A stretch of DNA of 64,000 nucleotides from Camelus dromedarius (taxonomy: Eukaryota), in assembly GCF_036321535.1 (NCBI RefSeq), contig NC_087438.1:5210001-5274000 (forward strand), written 5' to 3'. Under the pieces are notes generated by a model, which did no database searches, had not been told where the DNA came from, and saw only the letters and a program-made list of their open reading frames with translations. Of this stretch, positions 50,991-62,790 are shown piece after piece (position 1 is the first letter of the stretch; every line of letters starts with the position of its first letter). Made by a program: the position numbers and the translations under genes.

Positions 50991-52036
50991 TGCGGAAGAA
51001 GGAAGTAGAGACTGATGCTAGGATAAGTAACAGAGCTGTTCAGCACATGATGGGCAAGTAAACAGTCTCATAAATTGTCAAAAAGGGGAGGGGTTTCCTT
51101 TTCCTACTTCTAGGCTTTTGTGTTTTCCAAATGAGGGGAACTGTAAGTGTAAGCACAGGATGGTTCACGGGCAGGGACGCTTCACGTGGCTTCCCCGTCC
51201 CACCTTCAGGCTCCCACACGTAGAAGGTGTTTTGGCCGGAACTGTGTGATCCGCTGTCAGACAATCGGGATGTGTAAGTCCTAACGCAACCTCAGAGCAG
51301 AAGAACCCGTATTCTTAATAATTGTCCATCTGCCTCCCAATTCCGAAAGATTCCTTTTTTGAGTAACTATTTCTCAATATTCACTATGTGATTTTTCTTT
51401 TAACTTTTTCTATTAACTTTTCTTAATACTTTTAACATCGTAATATTCTCTTCTAAAATAAGAAAATGACACGCCACAGTCTTGTCTGGGAGGGGAGAAG
51501 TCATTCCCTTGGTTGGAATGGACACATGCTGTGCTGGTGTGGGCAGAGCAATGAAGTCACCGTCTTAGATGTAGACTAATTTTGTGTATTATTACTTTCT
51601 CTAAAGTTAACTAAATTTGTATTGCCTTTAAGTCACCAAACTAATTAAAATGAAAGTATTTCATAGCTGTAAAGGACATTAAAAGTGAAACCACTGCTTA
51701 CTTAACCTCCTGCCTCCATTGGAAAGAAGATGTTCTAAGTGTTGACCAGGTGGATGTGAGACAAGTCAGCTACAGATGATACCAGGACGCAGGGTGTCTC
51801 CCTGGTGACTGGTTTGAGTTCTCTGTGCTGATGCATCCCTCTTTGTGTGTGGCTGCCCATCTGTGCCATTTCTCGACGACTTTGCTACTTCTCTGGAGAA
51901 AAAAGACAGAAAAGATTAAATGTATACTCTCCCTAGATTTCTATACGAACAGCTCTAGTGAAAATTTCACGAGGATGAGATTAAATACTTTTTCTATCAG
52001 ATGTATATTTCATTATTTAAACTGACTGAAACCACA

Positions 52037-52492
52037 GTGTGATAGTTAACTTTCTGTGTAAGCTTGACTAGGCCATGGGACTCAGACGTTTGGTCAAACA
52101 CCAGTCCAGGTTGCTGTAAAGGCATTTCTTTTAGATGAGATTTACATCTAAATTAGTAGACTTTGAGTAAAGTAGATTGCCTTCCATAATGTGGGTGAGT
52201 TTCATGCGCTCAATTGAAGGTCCTAAGAGAAAAGACTGAGGTTCCCTGAGAAAGAGGGACTTTTGTCAGCAGGTTGTTTTCAGAGTCATGTCTGAAGAAC
52301 ATCAATTCCAGTCTGCTTGCCTGCCCCCCACAATCATGTGATCCAGTCCTTTAAAATAAAGATAGATAGATGGATAGATAGATAGAGATAGATACATAGA
52401 TATATAGATAAATACATAGATACATAGATATGTGGATAGAAATACGCACATTCTCTGGGTTCCGTTTTCTAAGGTGCACTTCGACTAAGACA
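52037..52492 (+). mobile_element. ERVL LTR (MLT2D/B-like) with an internal (GATA)n tract at about 52360-52440
   Basis: tgtgatagttaactttctgtgtaagcttgactaggcca...agtagactttgagtaaagtagattgccttccataatgtgggtg...gactaagaca. Confidence 0.9.
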
Positions 52493-53775
52493 GGTCTCTG
52501 TGTGAGAGGTCACTAGAAATCAGAATACCATGGATAAATTAAACACCAGAAGCACACATTTGGACATAAGGATCTAACAAAGGTACTTTTAATTATAGAA
52601 AGAAAAGGCTATGGCATTGTGACGTCAGTGGGGATTTCATGGGAGTCTTTCTTGTCGTCTGAGATCCGCTTGGCACTGGAAGAAGCCAAGGGCTCTGAAA
52701 TTCTGACCCAAAGATGTGAGCTGTGATGAGAGAGGTGAAGTTTATCAGTGACTTGTTCAGTCTTTACTGATTTTGGAGCAGCCCAGAATCTATCAGGGCT
52801 CCACTAATTTCCCAAAACAGATGTTGAAATGTATCTGAATCAAACTGCACCCTGGATTAGGAGGCAAAGTGGCCATCCTGGGCCTGGGGGTAGGAAATAG
52901 TGTGACACGATTTTGGTGAGAATCACCTAAACTAGTGGTACTTCCTAAAGGGAGGCGATGGGAAGGAATTAGAGGGAATAAACACAGGAAGAGCAAAGGA
53001 GTAAGTGGTGCCGGTGAGTGAAGGCTGAGCAGCGTGGAAGCACTGCCACCTCCAGGCGGTGCGAGCGCCGGGCGTCTTCCACAGTAACGTCCCCAACGCG
53101 GGGGCTTCTTGTCAGCGTGAACGGTTCCTGCACAGTGCCCAGCACGGAGTAGCCGCTCAAGACAGATGAGTTGTTACTAGTATTGTCTGTTCACTTACTG
53201 AATGTCTAGTTTTTAATGTATTTCTTCTAATTCAGAGCTATGTATATGAAAAACACTGGGCGGGTAACCTAGAGGAAGACCCTGTAAACTACGAGACATG
53301 TAATAAAGGAAGGTCACATAGCACTGGCCAGCTGTTGGTTTCCATCCCAGGGATGTAGGCATCTAAGTGATGGATGGAAGGTCTGCCGGTTGTCAAGGAT
53401 AGTGGTCCTCTGTTCCCCCCTCCATGTGCACTCTGCTTCTTCCTAATTTGTTCTATGTTTATTCAATTTAAGAGGCTGCTGTAACCCAGGTAGATGGGAC
53501 TAAGATAGTATCTCAAAACGGTATTCATTCTTACAGCATTTACTGAGTGCATATTATATGTAAAATGTTTGATAATATTTTTAAAGAATAATTGTTATAT
53601 TTATTTCTGGGACAAAATGTGCACAGATGGAAAGGCTTTATTGAAGACCTATGCTATCATACAGTTATTTAACTGTGTAATAGAGAATGCAAACCTGTTT
53701 TACATACCAAGAATGTATTTCTCAATAGTATGTGAAATATATATATAAACATACACATTCTAAAATGAGCAGCAT

Positions 53776-53872
53776 AAAAGAACATATATGTATGTATAAC
53801 TGTACATACTATGCTGTACACCAGAAACTAACACAACATTGTGAATCAAATATACTTCAAGTGAAAAAAAAA
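53776..53872 (+). mobile_element. Very short L1 3' end (about 100 bp) with a 15-bp target-site duplication
   Basis: tatgctgtacaccagaaactaacacaacattgtgaatcaaatatacttcaa plus A-tail. Flanked by taaaatgagcagcat (53761-53775) / taaaatgaacagcat (53873-53887). Confidence 0.88.
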
Positions 53873-54834
53873 TAAAATGAACAGCATTTATTCCATGTTC
53901 ACTATCCCACATCCCACGTAATAACTTCTCTACGATTTGATCTGTGGGTAGTTCTTTATTTCTCCCCAATGAAATCAATCCCTATGTGATTTTAATTATT
54001 TAACTTTCAAGTCAGACAGTTGAGAAGCAAGGGTAGAATTTTGCAACTAGAAATGAAATCATTATTAACACTTTGATTTTCAATTGTAATAATAATTGTT
54101 CACAGTTATCAACAGCATCCCCAGTCTTATTTTAAACCCAGTCTTCTAGCTCTTTGAATTCCAAATCAAACACCAGAAAATGTTTTGATTCATCTGGTTT
54201 TTGATAGAATGATGTTAATTTAAAATGTGCTACACGTTAAGATACAGGTGAAAATGGGAGGGAAAGTTGAGGCATTTGTCGGTGGTGGAGGTGATTTGGC
54301 ATGTGATGCCCTGTGTACTTATTCTGGCAATTTCCCAAAGGCAGGCTCCTCTGAGCAGAACTAACTACACGTGAGCCTATTCAGTGATTTTTCCTCCTTC
54401 ATGATCTGCTCCCAGTGGAGCATGCTCCGGTGGCATGGGGTATTCAGAAGGGAAATGGAGGAGGATTTATGTTTAGTATTAATTACACAACTGAGAAATA
54501 GCTCTCTCTATCAAAGAGCTGCCTGAAAAACTTTGTATTGTCCGCGGTGCGTGTGGCGGAGACGTCCGTGACAGCATATGAATCAAACTAATTGTAACTC
54601 TCACTCGGTTATGGAAAAAAATGACATTTGCGTTCTTCTAAATTAAGTCTTTCTCACACAAATTACCGGTTGCCACCGTAAATCAAGCAACATGTGTTCT
54701 GAATTCTGACGGCTGGAGGATCAGCTCTGGAGTGGGGATATGAGATACCTTTGTTTGCAGCTAAACTCAAGTTGACTTTTTTTTCCCTTTATCTAAAAAT
54801 AAGTGTTACAGAACCATTGCTTCACCAACTTCTA

Positions 54835-54985
54835 CAGTGAGAAGGATTTGGGATTGTTTGGTCCAACTCCTCTGTGTTAGGGCAAGGAAAATGAGGCTCA
54901 GGGAGATGAGAGGCTGGCCTGGAGTCTCATCCAAAGAAGTGGCCAGTTCAGACTTGAATTCCAAAATTCTGGCTTGTGCAGTGGT
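54835..54985 (-). mobile_element. MIR/MIR3 fragment
   Basis: tggtccaactcctc...aaggaaaatgaggctcagggagatgagaggctggcctggagtctca. Confidence 0.7.
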
Positions 54986-55406
54986 CTTGCTGCCCCGCCA
55001 TCGTCCTCATCATGTGACAAGATGGCCACCTCTTGGACAAACAGCCACTTAAATCCAGGATGTGGATTTAAATCCAGATCCTTGCATAAGACAGTATCAT
55101 CAAAACACGAGGAGGTGGGGGAGCCGGGATTTGCTTCCAGACTTGAGAACATCCAAGCACGTGCTTGAAACTCCTACCCTTTCTGTTTCAGCCTAGTGCT
55201 TGATGAGAACTTGAGTTTTTAAGAAGATCTATAATATGGTGTTTATTGTAAAGCCCAGCATGTTGAGAAACACGAGACGGATTATGGAAATAACATATAC
55301 CCTTTATTGTCACTACTTCAGTTGTCAGTGACAGTTCTAATGTGTCTGTGGTGCCTTCAAGTGTGATTTCCGAGAGAACTCTCTCTACATCAGGAGACAT
55401 CAAACC

Positions 55407-55864
55407 ATAATGGAATACTACTCAGCCATAAAAAAGAATAAGATAATGCCATTTGCAGCAATGTGGATGGACCTGGAGATCATCGTTCTAAGTGAAGTAA
55501 GCCAGAAAGAGAAAGAAAAATACCATATGATATCATTCATATGTAGAATCTAAAAGAAAAAAGGACACTAATGAACTCATCTACAAAACAGAGACTCACA
55601 GACATAGTAAACAATCTCATGGTTACAGGGGAAAGGGGGTGGGAAGGGATAAATCTGGGAGTTTGAGATTTGCAAATGTTAGCCACTATATATAAAAATA
55701 GATCTAAAAAAACAAATTTCTTCTGTATAGCACTGGGAACTATATTCAATGTCTTGTAATAACCTTTAATGAAAATATGAAAATGAATATATGTATGTGT
55801 ATGCATTACTGGGACATTGTGCTGTACACCAGAAATAGGCACATTGTAAAGGACTATACTTAAA
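55407..55864 (+). mobile_element. Camelid-type L1 3' end (same subfamily type as 39137-39706)
   Basis: aatggaatactactcagccataaaaaagaat...ggacactaatgaactcatctacaaaacag...ctgggacattgtgctgtacaccagaaat. Confidence 0.92.
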
Positions 55865-56134
55865 TTTTTTTTAACATTTTTTATTGCGTTATAGTCATTT
55901 TACAATGTTGTGTCAAATTCCAATGTAGAGCACAATTTTTCAGTTATACATGAACATGTATATATTCATTGTCACATTTTCCTTTCGCTGTGAGCTACCA
56001 TAAGATCTTGTATGTATTTCCCTGTGCTGTACAATATAATCTTGTTTATCTATTCTACATTTTGAAATCCCAGTCTGTCCCTTCCCACCCCCCACCCCCT
56101 TGGCAACCAGAAATTTGGATTCTAAGTCTATGAG
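55865..56134 (-). mobile_element. Younger camelid-type L1 3' end inserted in the A-tail of the preceding L1
   Basis: ttttaacattttttattgcgttatagtcattttacaatgttgtgtcaaattccaatgtagagcacaatttttcagttatacatgaacat; taaattt is duplicated at 55861-55867 and 56138-56144. Confidence 0.88.
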
Positions 56135-56151
56135 AAATAAATTTAAAAAAA

Positions 56152-56463
56152 TACAGGTAGAAGGTCAGATCTAGGCGCCATCTGCTTCGTCAGGACCTTG
56201 TGGGCTGAGAAAGTGTTTTACTTTGTTAGATGACTCTTTTAAAAGATCAGAAGAACCGTAATATGTCATGACACGCGAACATGACATGAAATGAAGGGTC
56301 CCGCCCCCGTAAGGGAAGCGCGGGCTCCCGGCGCGCGTTCCCGCGTTGTCCGTGGCGGCCTCCCTGCTGCGGCGCGGAGCCGGCTGGCTGTGCGGACGCG
56401 CTGCGGTACCAGAGCTGAGGTGTTTATGTCCTGGCCCTTCGCAGAAGGAGGTGGCCAGTCCCG
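56152..56463 (+). mobile_element. hAT-Charlie MITE MER58B-like (main part; 5' terminus probably at 55391-55405)
   Basis: ggtcagatctaggcgccatctg...gctgagaaagtgttttac...atcagaagaaccgtaatatgtcatgacacgcgaacatgacatgaaat...tgtttatgtcctggcccttcgcagaagg...gccagtcccg is collinear with the MER58B consensus as I recall it. Confidence 0.7.
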
Positions 56464-56835
56464 CGCGAGGCTGTGAGGGCGGAGACTGCCATCCGCCGTT
56501 TCCTCCCAGCGTTAGAGCTCTGCTTCCTACCAGGAGGCGGCAGGATGCTCGCATCCCCACCTCGCCCTAGAGGGACGGCTCGTCGCCGGAGGGCCAGCCT
56601 CGGAAGCCGGCCAGCGCCCCTCCTGCTGCTTCGTGGTTTAGGGGCAGCTGGGTGACGGGCATCCCGAGACGGCAGCAGTGGGGGGCAGGCAGACAGAGAA
56701 GAGACCAGAGAACGTTTAAGGAGTCTTGAGCAGCAGGTGAGGCACTGGAGATGGAGAGGCAGCGGGGAGCCAGACGGAGCCGGGAATGTCTGTTCCCTCT
56801 CGGACCCCAGCAGTCGTGCGCGGCCCTGCGTCCTG
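56295..56835. promoter_or_regulatory. Intragenic CpG-island-like segment
   Basis: Dense CpG (gcgcgggctcccggcgcgcgttcccgcg, gcggcgcggagccggc, cgtcgccgg, gtcgtgcgcggcc) against a CpG-depleted background; GC box cccgccccc at about 56299. Density judged by eye, not computed. Confidence 0.7.
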
Positions 56836-56870
56836 ACCACCTCGCTCCCTGTGCTCCTGTTGAAGGGCTC

Positions 56871-57258
56871 TGGCAGGGGCTGAACTGAGTCCCTTCATAT
56901 GCTTCATATGCTGAAGCTCTAACCCTCAGCAGCTCAGTGTGACTGCGTTTAGAAATAGGGTCTTTAAAGAGGGCATTACATTTTAATGAGCTCATTAGAG
57001 TGGACCCTAATCCAGTCTGGCTGGTGCCTCTGTAAGAAGAGGAGATTAGGACACAACACGCACAGAGGGAAGGCCACGTGAAGACGCAGGTTGAAGGTGG
57101 CCGTCTGCAAACCAAGGGGAGAGGCCTTGGCAGAAACCAGCCCTGCTGACACCTTGATCCTGGCCTTCCAGCCCCCAGGGCCGTGAGGAAGTATGGTTCT
57201 GCTGTTTAAGCTGCCCCGTCTCTGGTACTTCCTTATGGAAGCCCTGGAAAATCAATAC
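56871..57258 (+). mobile_element. ERVL-MaLR solo LTR (MLT1B-like)
   Basis: ttcatatgctgaagctctaaccc...gtgactgcgtttagaaatagggtctttaaagagg...ccctaatccagtctggctggtg...aaccagccctgctgacaccttgatc. Confidence 0.9.
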
Positions 57259-57516
57259 GGGGTCGTTATGGCCACCTTGGCAGGCACACGACTCAGAGGC
57301 AGGCATGTCCCTTGTTTTGATCAGCACACAATAGTCTGCATATGCTTGTAACAAAAGCATGGGGTGATTCTCCAAGATTCGTGAGTTCCGATGCTTCCCA
57401 GAGGACTGGAATTACGGCTTTTTTTTATTGACCAGATTATTTTGTCCCACTCTTCAGCAAAGCTAAATTCTAAGCACATGCAGTGTACCCGACAGGCAGT
57501 GAAGTGGGGTGCCTCA

Positions 57517-57731
57517 CACGGGTGTTCCCAACCTCAGCACTGCTGACGTGTGGAGCCAGATCCTCCTCTGCCGTGGGGCCGCCCTGTGCACTGTAAGGTG
57601 CCGAGCAGCGTCCTTGCCTGCAGCCCACTGCGTACCAGTAGCACCCTCCAGATATGACAGCCAGCAGAGTCTCCAGCTCTGCCCAGTGCTCGCTAGGGAG
57701 GTGCAGGGTTGTCCCCCGTTACAACTACCAG
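57517..57731 (-). mobile_element. MER20 (hAT-Charlie MITE)
   Basis: ccaacctcagcactgctgac...ctgtgcactgtaagg...agcagcgtccttgcct...ccagtagcaccc...gtctccag. Confidence 0.8.
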
Positions 57732-58539
57732 TATGGACTGAGACCCTTACACTCTTCCCTTCTTCCTTCCAGGATCAGTTGCGGCAGTGATAGGTTTATT
57801 TCCTAATTTATTGCTATTTCCTATAGCAGGAGCACCCTTTAAAGTAGCTAGTGCAACACACTGTTTCCACCATCCAGAGATCACCACCCCTCAGGCAGAA
57901 ACTGAGAATGCCTTTTAGTTTGCCTCTCTCTGGGTTTGTAGGTATTAGTAAGAATTTTTTGGATTTTTGTCTACTCAGTGAGACTGCTTAGAGGGGTGGG
58001 TCGGGTTAAGAGCCAAGCCTACCCCACCTCATGCTCAGCTCTGGAATCTTCTCTTTCTCTTTTTGGCCATTGGTTCCCCGAGTTTCTGATTCTGGGCCAT
58101 GGCCTTTCTATATTATTACTGTAGGTGGTGAATTTTCCTGGTCGCTTTTCATAAACATGGGCCCATTATGTTAGGTGTTGTGGGAGGGAAGTTCTGCCTT
58201 ATAGTTTTTAAATGGCATCTAAATCTGGCCATCTATCTTATTTATATAATTAGAGTCATCAACAAACAGAACCATAATTACTGATTATTTAGTAAGTGCA
58301 ATAAACATCCAGAATTGCAAAGGCTCCATAAATAAAATGCATTATCTCTGCCTACTTCTCCCTCCCCCCAAAGTAATTTAGACTGTAACCGGGGGGACCA
58401 GTGGAAGTGGGAGAGTCAGAGAATAGTTAAACAAGTGGGCACTGCTGACAGTGAAACAAATCCTCGTTCAGAGAACAGAACCAGGCATGTGGGCTTGAAC
58501 TAGTCTAAGGAGATTTCTGACCAGCGAGGCTGCCGTACA

Positions 58540-58650
58540 GGACTCACTACGTGCTGGGCATGTTCTGAGCCCTTTCTGAACATTAAGCCCTTTAACCCCA
58601 TGGCAGCCTCAGTACAGAGGGCTCTTCTCACCCCCGTTAAGATGAGGGGT
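58540..58650 (-). mobile_element. MIR fragment
   Basis: actcactacgtgctgggcatgttctgagccctt...tttaaccccatggcagcct...cccccgttaagatgagg. Confidence 0.65.
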
Positions 58651-60017
58651 AAGAGTGAATCTTAAAGGAGAAGGAAGAATGAAGCGAATGTAACAGGAGA
58701 GAGTGTTCTGAGAGAAATTAACAGACCCAACTGTGGAATGTTAATGAGTGAAACAGTGGGACGTCCAGTAGGTGAGACTGGATCGGTGATGGATGCTGTG
58801 AAATTGCTTAGACTGGAAGTTTTTTTACCTGGAGTGGAAGGGTTGTGAGTTCCCTAGGTAGGTGATGTGGTTAATGTTGTTTTTGATGGTGGGTTGATGT
58901 TGTAAGCAGTTAATAGCTGGCAGGTGCACAGTTGTACTGATAAAAGCATTAAGCTATGGTAGAACATTTGTAAATTCAAGTATCTATTATTGTGATTTTT
59001 TAAATTATTTCAACAGCTAATAGATAATTCCAGTGCACTCTTTAACCATATGGTACTTTAAAATGGATTTTTTTTTCTGTAGCTTTGCAGTATTGAGTAA
59101 AGGATGACTGATGATCAGGAATCTTACTTTATGTGAGTTTCATGATTTTGAATCCAAGTTGCACAAGAAGTTTGAGGTCCATCAGTTGAATTGAAAGTTT
59201 TGGATGCTTCTGCTCTATCATAATTGCCTATTTCACATACAAAGAACTTCTTTGGGCAGTGTGGTGTGGTATGCTTTTATCAGCTACCAGAAAAGTAGTT
59301 TAGCAAAATCATTAAACAAAGAACAGAACATTCCCAGATATTTCCACAAATCACTTAAGAGTGAATCATCAAACATATCAGAATGCCATTTCATTCATTT
59401 TCCCCTTTCCTTTCAAGATTGTTTACTGAAGAAATCTCTTTAATCCTATCCAATTTTTGTTACTTTTATCTTCTCAACAAAAAGTCGGCATTAGTTTAAA
59501 AACTCCCAGTTGTTCTGGGCTTATTCATATGAATTTATATCTAAAACAATCTTAAAATAAATTGAAAGTGACTCATTGCATCTGGAGACAGCTGCTTAAT
59601 TTCCACTGTCTATATTGTTTCCTTTAAGGCATGTCTAAGAATTGTTTACTAAGTGTTAATTTGGAGTACTGAATGAAGGCCAAAATGTGAGTGCCGTGGT
59701 AGAGAATGAAGTAGCATTCTCCTCAGTGCCTCACCAAGATCCAGCCCTGCGTCCTGCCCTGCAAAGTCTAAGCTCAGCCTGGAGCATGTGTTTGGATGAG
59801 AATGGGAGGAAGAGAGAGAAGCTATGTGCAGAGCTGGACAGGAGGTAAATTCACAGAAAGTCAAGTTGGAACCAACATAGCTGATACCTGACTTGATCTA
59901 GAGCCACGGGAGTCCTCGTGGAGAGGCCCTGCGCTTCCAGGGCATGTAGACAGTATTCACGCTTGGCTCCACCATGACTTTGGAACCATGAATGTTGGAA
60001 GCATCAGTCATCCTATC

Positions 60018-60488
60018 TGTGTCTGATGGAAAACACTGCCATTTTTTGCCACTCCTCAAACCTAGGCAAGTGTGTTTCTCGCTTTGACTAATAGAATATG
60101 GGGAAATAACGCTCTGTGAATTCCGGAGCCAAGGCCTAATGAGGCCCTGAGATTCCCTCTTGCTTTCTGGGACCACTGCCCTGAGATCACCGTTAGGAAG
60201 GCCGTCAGCCTAATGGAGGCTGAGTGGTTACAGGGAGAAGAACCAAGGCCCCGCCGCCAGCCAGCAGCACCTGCCAGAAAAATAAGGCCCCTGCTGGGCC
60301 TTCCAGCTAGGCTAGCCCTCAGCTGAGCACAGTCCTGTGGCCGGCCCGCAGCAAACCCAGCAAAGGAGCCACCCAGCTGGTCCACAGACTCATGAGAAAA
60401 AAAAAAAGAAGAGGAAGAAGAAGACACGTTATTGTTCTAAATCGCTGGTCTTGGGATGATTTGTTTTGCAACAACAGGCAACCGAAAT
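60018..60488 (+). mobile_element. ERVL-MaLR LTR (MLT1G/H-like)
   Basis: gctttgactaatagaatatgg...tgtgaattccggagccaaggcctaatgaggcc...ccacccagctggtccacagactcatgaga...ttgggatgatttgttttgcaacaacaggcaaccgaaa. Confidence 0.8.
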
Positions 60489-61649
60489 CCATTTCTAATC
60501 CAAACCAGGCCTGAGGTCAAGTTGGCGTGGACCCGGGAGCTGGCGAGAATAACATGCTCTTTTCCTTGGAAAACACTGCAGAGGATTCAGTGTTGAACCG
60601 GATACCAGCCTTTCACACGCCAATTCAGTGTTCCAAAAATACGTTTCCTGGTGGACACATGTTTTTTGTTGGCGTGACAACGTTGAGGATCCCCAAGCTT
60701 ATGTATGCTGATGTCGTTAATTCAAATTAATCAATAAATATATCGATTTTTAGTGTCATTGAGCGTCTTCTCACTAGCCATGGCTTTCATTCCCCTGCCG
60801 ATCTTAGTTTTTGTTTCCTGGCAGAAAACATGCCCTCTTTGCACTTGGACTGGACTGCAGTTCGTAAGTTATGCGTTCCCTCTTCGGCACCTCCGGGCTG
60901 GGCTCGGGGCTGCGTCCTTCCCATCATGCCCAGTGCTGGGGTCAGCGGCGGGAGGAGCCTTCCCGGCGGAATTTGCATCAGCACTTGGACTTGTACCTGC
61001 AGAGTGACGACAAGGAGAGTGCTCCTCAGCTCTAGGAAGATCAGACAGGAGAACACCTTTAAGAAAAATACATGAAGAAAACATGTACATGCACGCATGG
61101 CAACTAACGTGTACTGTGACAACATTACAGGGTACCTGTCTGTACGTCTCTATCTGTAGGTATGTAAGTGTCTGTAGATACGGACATATGTGCACATATA
61201 TGATACACATGCATTATATAGACACATGTATTTGTTATTTACATTCTTCCATCATTTCTTCTACTGTAGAAAAGCATAGGTTTTTAAAAATTACCACCCC
61301 CTCAAAAATTTCAAAATGTATTTCCTTTCTGCCACTGCTCAAGGATGTCTCCCCATTTCTTCCCGACACCGTGCAGAGAGGATGAAACCTCCAGGTTGAA
61401 GGGCCCGCAGAGATGCACTCAGAATCCTCTCAGGATGCTAGGAGGACGCTGGCAGCCAAGGAAGTTACACGCTGGCCACTCCTATAACCCACCGTCCACT
61501 TAGTGAGTGACAGAGCTGAGGCCAGAATGCTCTCTTGACTTCCATCATTGAAAAAGCAGACTATTTAACGAGCTTCCCAGCAGAAATCTTGTTTGATGTG
61601 TAATGAGGCGTTCGTCACACATCCAGGCATCCCTTCCTGTGTCTGTCCG

Positions 61650-62790
61650 ACAGCTGTTTATTGTCTACTGTGTGCCTGACTCTGTCCCATGCCGAGAACA
61701 TAATATAGAGGAAGGGCCAGTCTAGGCACAGCGACACCTACAACTTTGGGCAGGAAAGTAAACAGATGATTTCAGTGGAGCTGGAAGGTAAACACTGGGT
61801 GCCAAAACAGTACACAGCATCTAACCAGCTGGGGGTGATGAGAGACTGTGCAAGACAGCTCTCAGGAAGGGTGTGGTAGAGGAGGGGTGGGTGTGTGATT
61901 GGGAGCTTGGCAGAGGAGTTAGCAGGGCTCCCCTTAGTGAAGGGTGGTGCTGTGGGTGGGAGTGCTGTGGTGGAGCCTAGAGTTCAGGTCCCAGGAAAGC
62001 ATCCTCTCCAGGGAGAGGTGAGCACAGCTCCAGGCTGGGGCTGCATGTGGTTCAGAGGAGCTGGACCACAGGCTCGAGATGGAGGAGGAAGAAACGAAGC
62101 AGGTGGAGTTCTTGGGGGTATAGCATGTCTTTTTAATATACTGGAAATTTTTTTAATAGAATCTTTTTACTTAGAAAAAAACCGAAAAACAGCAAATTTT
62201 CTGACCACACACGAGAGGGCTCTGGGTAGGGAGAGGTGTCCCTCCCTTCCAGGCCTGGCCTCCAGCTTATGTGATTTTGACAGCAGTAAGGGGTGTGGAC
62301 TAATGGCCCCCCAAATTAAAACAGTGTATGTGGGAGGGGAGACAAGGGGTGAAGAAGCAAAGGGGAACGGTGGGGAGAAGGGTCAGTAGATGCATTCAGA
62401 GCTGGGACAGATCTGACTTGGCTGCGTCACGTTTTAGAAAGAGTTCTGCTGCAGGAGAGAAAAGGTGAGGTTGAGCAGGGGGCAGGAGGTGGGAAGGCCA
62501 GTTAGGAGACCATCTGCTCATCAGGTGGGTGGTGGAGGCAGCCAAGAACTGGGTAGGAGCAGGAGGTCAAGGGAGCGGGGCAAGTTCCCCCGTGTGAAGG
62601 ACACGACATCCTGCCTCACTGGACGTGGGGCGGTGAGAGGGAAGAGAGATCAAGGCTGAGAGCAGCTTTCTGCTCAGGCGGCTGGAAAGATGGTCAGCCT
62701 TCAACTGAACAAAAGGCACAAGGGGATGAACAGCTCCGGGAGGGAAGGTGACGGTTTCCATCTTGGAGATGCAGCATTTGACTTTTCTGC
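61650..62790 (-). mobile_element. Fragmented L2 (3' end near 61650; body at about 62385-62790)
   Basis: tttattgtctactgtgtgcctgactctgt; gttttagaaagagttctgctgc; aggccagttaggaga; ctggacgtggggcggtgagagggaagagagatcaaggctga. Confidence 0.7.
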
